Source: an uncultured bacterium
GTDB taxonomy: Bacteria > JAJVIF01 > JAPKYR01
Length of the DNA stretch: 51,230 bases
Direction: 5' to 3'
NCBI GenBank assembly: GCA_965369865.1
Contig: CBDURU010000014.1
Coordinates: 1-51,230, forward strand
Positions 47,500 through 51,230 of the stretch are shown one piece after another. The position numbers were made by a program, and so were the translations under genes. Each line of letters starts with the position of its first letter. The first letter of the stretch is position 1. The notes under the pieces are model-generated. The model did no database searches. It saw nothing but the letters and a program-made list of their open reading frames with translations, and was not told the DNA's origin.

Positions 47500-48267
47500 G
47501 TGGCCAGCCAGACAGTACCGGTTGAAGTGAAATCGGAAACGAAGAGTGAAGAGAAATTAATCCCGATCAATGTTATGGATCGGCGATACATGGTCCCCGA
47601 GAACTTGACCATCATGAAAGCCCTTGAATACGCGGGTTACCAACTCACCCGGGGATGCGGGTGCCGTGGTGGAGTCTGCGGCGCGTGCGGAACTGTTTAC
47701 CGTATGCCCGACAGCCACCGTATCGAGGTCGCTCTCGCCTGCCAGACAATCGTAAAGGAAGAAATGTTCCTGTCGCAGATACCGTTCTTCCCAAGGAACA
47801 AGGCTATCTACGATCTGGATAAAATCGAGCCCGAGCAGTCGACGCTCTCTGAATTCTACCCGGAGATTTTCAAATGCATCGGGTGCGGAACCTGCACCAG
47901 GAGCTGTCCACAGGATATCGAGGTAATGGATTATGTCGCCTACGCGATTCGCGGCGAGATTCAGAAGGTCGCGGAGCTTTCATTTGACTGTGTCATGTGC
48001 GGGTTGTGTATCGCCCGATGTCCGGCCGAGGAAGCCCAGCCACTGGTGGCTATCCTCGCACGGAGAATCTACGCAAAACACATCGCTCCAAAGGCTAATC
48101 ATTTATCTGAACGGGTTACACAAATCGAGAATGGACATTTCGACAAGGCCCTTGAAGACCTCATGAAATTTGATACCGAAAAACTCAAGGAACTCTATGT
48201 GAGCCGCGAGAAAGAACCGGAGCTCCCCGATCCGGACTGGGAACCCGAAGACAAAAGCCACCTTTGA
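47500..48267 (+). CDS. Fumarate reductase/succinate dehydrogenase-type iron-sulfur subunit (2Fe-2S plus 2x4Fe-4S)
   Basis: GCRGGVCGAC...LAC; CIGCGTCTRSCP; CVMCGLCIARCP. Confidence 0.82.
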   Translation: MASQTVPVEVKSETKSEEKLIPINVMDRRYMVPENLTIMKALEYAGYQLTRGCGCRGGVCGACGTVYRMPDSHRIEVALACQTIVKEEMFLSQIPFFPRNKAIYDLDKIEPEQSTLSEFYPEIFKCIGCGTCTRSCPQDIEVMDYVAYAIRGEIQKVAELSFDCVMCGLCIARCPAEEAQPLVAILARRIYAKHIAPKANHLSERVTQIENGHFDKALEDLMKFDTEKLKELYVSREKEPELPDPDWEPEDKSHL

Positions 48268-48323
48268 TATTAATTATTAAAAAATAGAAATCAGCATTAC
48301 AGGAATTCAGACGAGGAAACGAG

Positions 48324-49985
48324 ATGCCGTATCCGCAGGAATTAAAGGAACTTATAAAGACAGTTAAGCAGACCCGATCCGAGCGAGTAGAGAGAAAGCG
48401 TAAAGGGATCGAGGTCGGAGCATTAAGCCTTGAGGAGCGTGACGAGCGGCTCAAGAGTTACCACCCCGATTACAAGGAAGACAGCCGTCGAGAGATTCGC
48501 GTAGGGCCGTCGAAAGGCTACGCCATCAGCCCGGAAATTGTGGACACTCTTGAATCCGGGAGCCGGTTGAATCCTGACCATATCGATTTGAACAATATCA
48601 GCTATGAGACAGATATACTTATAATCGGTGGGGGCGGCGCGGGAGGGAGCGCGGCACTTGTCGCAGCCGGTGCAGGCGCGAAAGTGATAATCGCCACGAA
48701 ACTCAGGCTGGGCGACGCCAACACGATGATGGCCGAAGGTGGCATCCAGGCGGCCAGTAAACTTAAATCCGACAGCCCGTACTGGCATTACCTCGATGTT
48801 ATCGGGGGGGGGCATTTCACAAACGATCCGGACCTTGTCAGGACACTCGTACGTGAAGCGCCAAGCACACTCGCCTGGCTCGAGGGCCTGGGAACCATGT
48901 TCTCCAAGGATCCCGACGGCACGTTAAAAACAATGCACGGCGGCGGTACGAGCAGGAAGCGGATGCATTACGCGGGAGACATCACCGGCGCGGAAATCAT
49001 GCGGACCCTCCGCGACGAGATTCACAACCATCCTGACCGGATTGATATTCTCGAATTCTGCCCGGCTGTTGAATTGATACTCGACAGCGGCGGCAGGTGC
49101 GCCGGCGCGGTTTTATACAACCTTGATACACATGAATATATTGTCGTTCGCGCGAAAGCTGTAATCCTGGCGACCGGGGGCAGCGGACGTCTGCACATTC
49201 GAGGTTATATGACAACCAATCATTACGGCGCGACCGGTGACGGCCTGGTGATGGCATACCGCGCGGGAGTCCCGGTTGTGTTCCTCCATTCGGTGCAGTA
49301 TCACCCGACCGGAATAATTTTTCCCGAACAGGCAGAAGGATTACTCATCACCGAGAAATTCCGCGGCGCCGGCGCCCACATTGTGAATGTCGATGGCGAT
49401 CAATTTGTTTATGAACGTGAACCGAGGGATGTCGAAGCCGCGAGCATAATTCGAGAGTGCTCAGACGATGTCGGGAAAGAGGTCCCAACTCCGTCGGGAA
49501 AGTGTGGTGTATGGCTCGACAGCCCGATGCTTGAATTTTTACACGGTCCGGGATATGTGAAAAAAGAATTTCCAGGTAAATACATCCTGTTCAAGAGGTA
49601 CGGGATCGACATCTCGAAGGAACCGATGCTGATCTACCCGACGCTCCACTATCAGAACGGCGGGATCGAATTCAAATCGGATGCTTCAACCGTACTAGAA
49701 GGCCTCTACACCGCGGGAGAAGTTTCGGGCGGCGTGCATGGCGAGAATCGCCTGATGGGCAACAGCCTTCTCGATGTGACTGTTTTCGGTCGGATCGCGG
49801 GACATTCCGCTACTGAATACGCGATGAATAAAAATATGCCGGAAGGTTTAAGTCTCGATCACGTGGTCAGGTATCACAAGGAACTTAAAAAAGCCAGGAT
49901 CGACACAGGTATGCACTCACCGGTGATTCTCCCTGATTACACCAACCCGGATGTAAAGGAAAAACAGGTCGTGATTGCTCCGTAG
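48324..49985 (+). CDS. Fumarate reductase/succinate dehydrogenase flavoprotein (TfrA-like)
   Basis: GGGGAG, AEGGI, ATGG, QYHPT, LITEKFRG, EPRD, HYQNGG, HGENRLMGNSL. Confidence 0.88.
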   Translation: MPYPQELKELIKTVKQTRSERVERKRKGIEVGALSLEERDERLKSYHPDYKEDSRREIRVGPSKGYAISPEIVDTLESGSRLNPDHIDLNNISYETDILIIGGGGAGGSAALVAAGAGAKVIIATKLRLGDANTMMAEGGIQAASKLKSDSPYWHYLDVIGGGHFTNDPDLVRTLVREAPSTLAWLEGLGTMFSKDPDGTLKTMHGGGTSRKRMHYAGDITGAEIMRTLRDEIHNHPDRIDILEFCPAVELILDSGGRCAGAVLYNLDTHEYIVVRAKAVILATGGSGRLHIRGYMTTNHYGATGDGLVMAYRAGVPVVFLHSVQYHPTGIIFPEQAEGLLITEKFRGAGAHIVNVDGDQFVYEREPRDVEAASIIRECSDDVGKEVPTPSGKCGVWLDSPMLEFLHGPGYVKKEFPGKYILFKRYGIDISKEPMLIYPTLHYQNGGIEFKSDASTVLEGLYTAGEVSGGVHGENRLMGNSLLDVTVFGRIAGHSATEYAMNKNMPEGLSLDHVVRYHKELKKARIDTGMHSPVILPDYTNPDVKEKQVVIAP

Positions 49986-50106
49986 TAGCCTTATTTTAAT
50001 ATTGAAGCTTTTATTGATAGTTCAATCACTCCCGGAAAACGGCAACTCTCCCGTTGTGGTAAAATTACGTTTATTAAAGGGGCTTTACAGCCAGTAAAAA
50101 AATCCT

Positions 50107-51051
50107 ATGCTTCCATCAAACGATCCCAAAGAGATCGGGTTTGTTCCGGTCACAGGCCTTCTCGGCAGTAAAATCTCATACTCACTATCTCCCATGCTGC
50201 ATAACGCTGCCGACCAGGCTTCGGGACGGATGAGCGACTACAACATTTTCGATGTCCCGCCAATGGGTCTCGACGGCTGGCTCGAACAGGTTGTGAAATT
50301 CGGCGAAGTCATCGGTTTCAATGTCACCATCCCTCACAAGGAAGCAATTTTCAAACGTCTCGACGCTGCGCATGAACAGGCAAAGGAGGTCGGGTCGGTT
50401 AACTGTGTCGGAATCAAGGACGGGTTCATCATCGGCTATAACACCGACCGTCCGGCGTTTGCATCTGTAATAAGTTCCACACTGACAGAAAAGGAATTCC
50501 CGGGGGAGAACTGGAAAGTGTTGATCCTGGGTGCCGGTGGAGCTGCGCGTGCGGCTTTATGGGCGGTTCTCGATCTCAAGATCGCGAAGGAAATATATAT
50601 CTCATCGAGATCGGAAGACCGGCGGTTTTTTATGCTTCTGCATGTCCAAAAGGAGTGTGACGATCGCGACGTGAATCTCATACAGGCTGAATGGCTTGAT
50701 TGGGAGAAGCTTAATATTGGTGGGGATGAAAATCCTGTAATGCTCATTAACACCACTCCTCTTGGGAGCGCCGACGGCAATCGCAAGGTTAAGCTTCAAA
50801 GTCCATTAATTCCGGGAGACATCCTTCCAGAATTTACAATGGTGGTTGATCTTGCATACACACCACCGGTTACAGGACTAATGGAAATGGCTGAGGAAGC
50901 CGGCGTTCATGCTGTCGGGGGAAGCGGTATGCTGATCGAGCAGGCGATCGGGTCAAGGTCGGTCTGGTTCGGTGAGGGTAAAGAGGAAGACGAAAGGGCG
51001 GCCATGGTCGCGGCGTATACGTCCTGGGCATCGAAATTTGAAATGGAATAA
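50107..51051 (+). CDS. aroE: Shikimate dehydrogenase
   Basis: SLSPMLHN, GFNVTIPHK, GYNTD, GAGGAARA, INTTPLG, DLAY, MLIEQA. Confidence 0.93.
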   Translation: MLPSNDPKEIGFVPVTGLLGSKISYSLSPMLHNAADQASGRMSDYNIFDVPPMGLDGWLEQVVKFGEVIGFNVTIPHKEAIFKRLDAAHEQAKEVGSVNCVGIKDGFIIGYNTDRPAFASVISSTLTEKEFPGENWKVLILGAGGAARAALWAVLDLKIAKEIYISSRSEDRRFFMLLHVQKECDDRDVNLIQAEWLDWEKLNIGGDENPVMLINTTPLGSADGNRKVKLQSPLIPGDILPEFTMVVDLAYTPPVTGLMEMAEEAGVHAVGGSGMLIEQAIGSRSVWFGEGKEEDERAAMVAAYTSWASKFEME

Positions 51052-51132
51052 AAATCACTGGGACATGCTGAATGGCGCAATGTTGAACGTTTAAGATCAG
51101 TAATTAAAAGACGTTTAAGAGATTCAACACCG

Positions 51133-51215
51133 GGGGACAGGCACTCAAATTTACCGGGGTACATAAACAAAAGAATGACCTCTAACATAGCCGGTAAATT
51201 TGTGAGCCAGTCCCC
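51133..51215. repeat. 83-bp REP/MITE-like element with 25-bp terminal inverted repeats
   Basis: ggggacaggcactcaaatttaccgg (51133-57) versus ccggtaaatttgtgagccagtcccc (51191-215): 22/25 complementary. Confidence 0.8.
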
Positions 51216-51230
51216 TATGCATAAATTTTA

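Overview
Bacterial chromosomal window (about 50% GC; a secretin gene implies a diderm envelope). No rRNA, tRNA, CRISPR array or transposase was recognised. Left to right: a YbhB/YbcL (PEBP) gene; a DUF2079-like membrane protein; two tandem paralogous PKD-repeat lipoproteins; a divergent two-gene operon encoding a cohesin-like lipoprotein and a secreted M6 metalloprotease with a dockerin/EF-hand-like loop and an FGE-sulfatase-type C-terminus; a UbiA-family polyprenyl-phosphate phosphoribosyltransferase and a polytopic membrane protein. Then a ~24 kb type IV pilus locus with 15 consecutive prepilin-type genes (two giant modular PilX/PilV-like proteins with CUB-like and discoidin-like domains, a PilW-like protein, and 12 paralogous small pilins), pilMNOP, a 1609-aa PilQ with about 7 AMIN-like domains, two exported proteins, pilT and a glycosyltransferase. 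The window ends with a cytoplasmic HExxH protein, a korDABC-hdrCB-fumarate reductase (FeS + flavoprotein) operon and aroE. A family of GGG(G)AC...GTCCCC intergenic palindromes occurs three times. Best candidates for undescribed biology: the 12-pilin array with adhesin-fused tip pilins and a flanking lipid-linked pentose glycosylation module, the cohesin/dockerin-like protease pair, and the Kor-HdrBC-Frd module. All assignments come from motif reading only; no searches were run.
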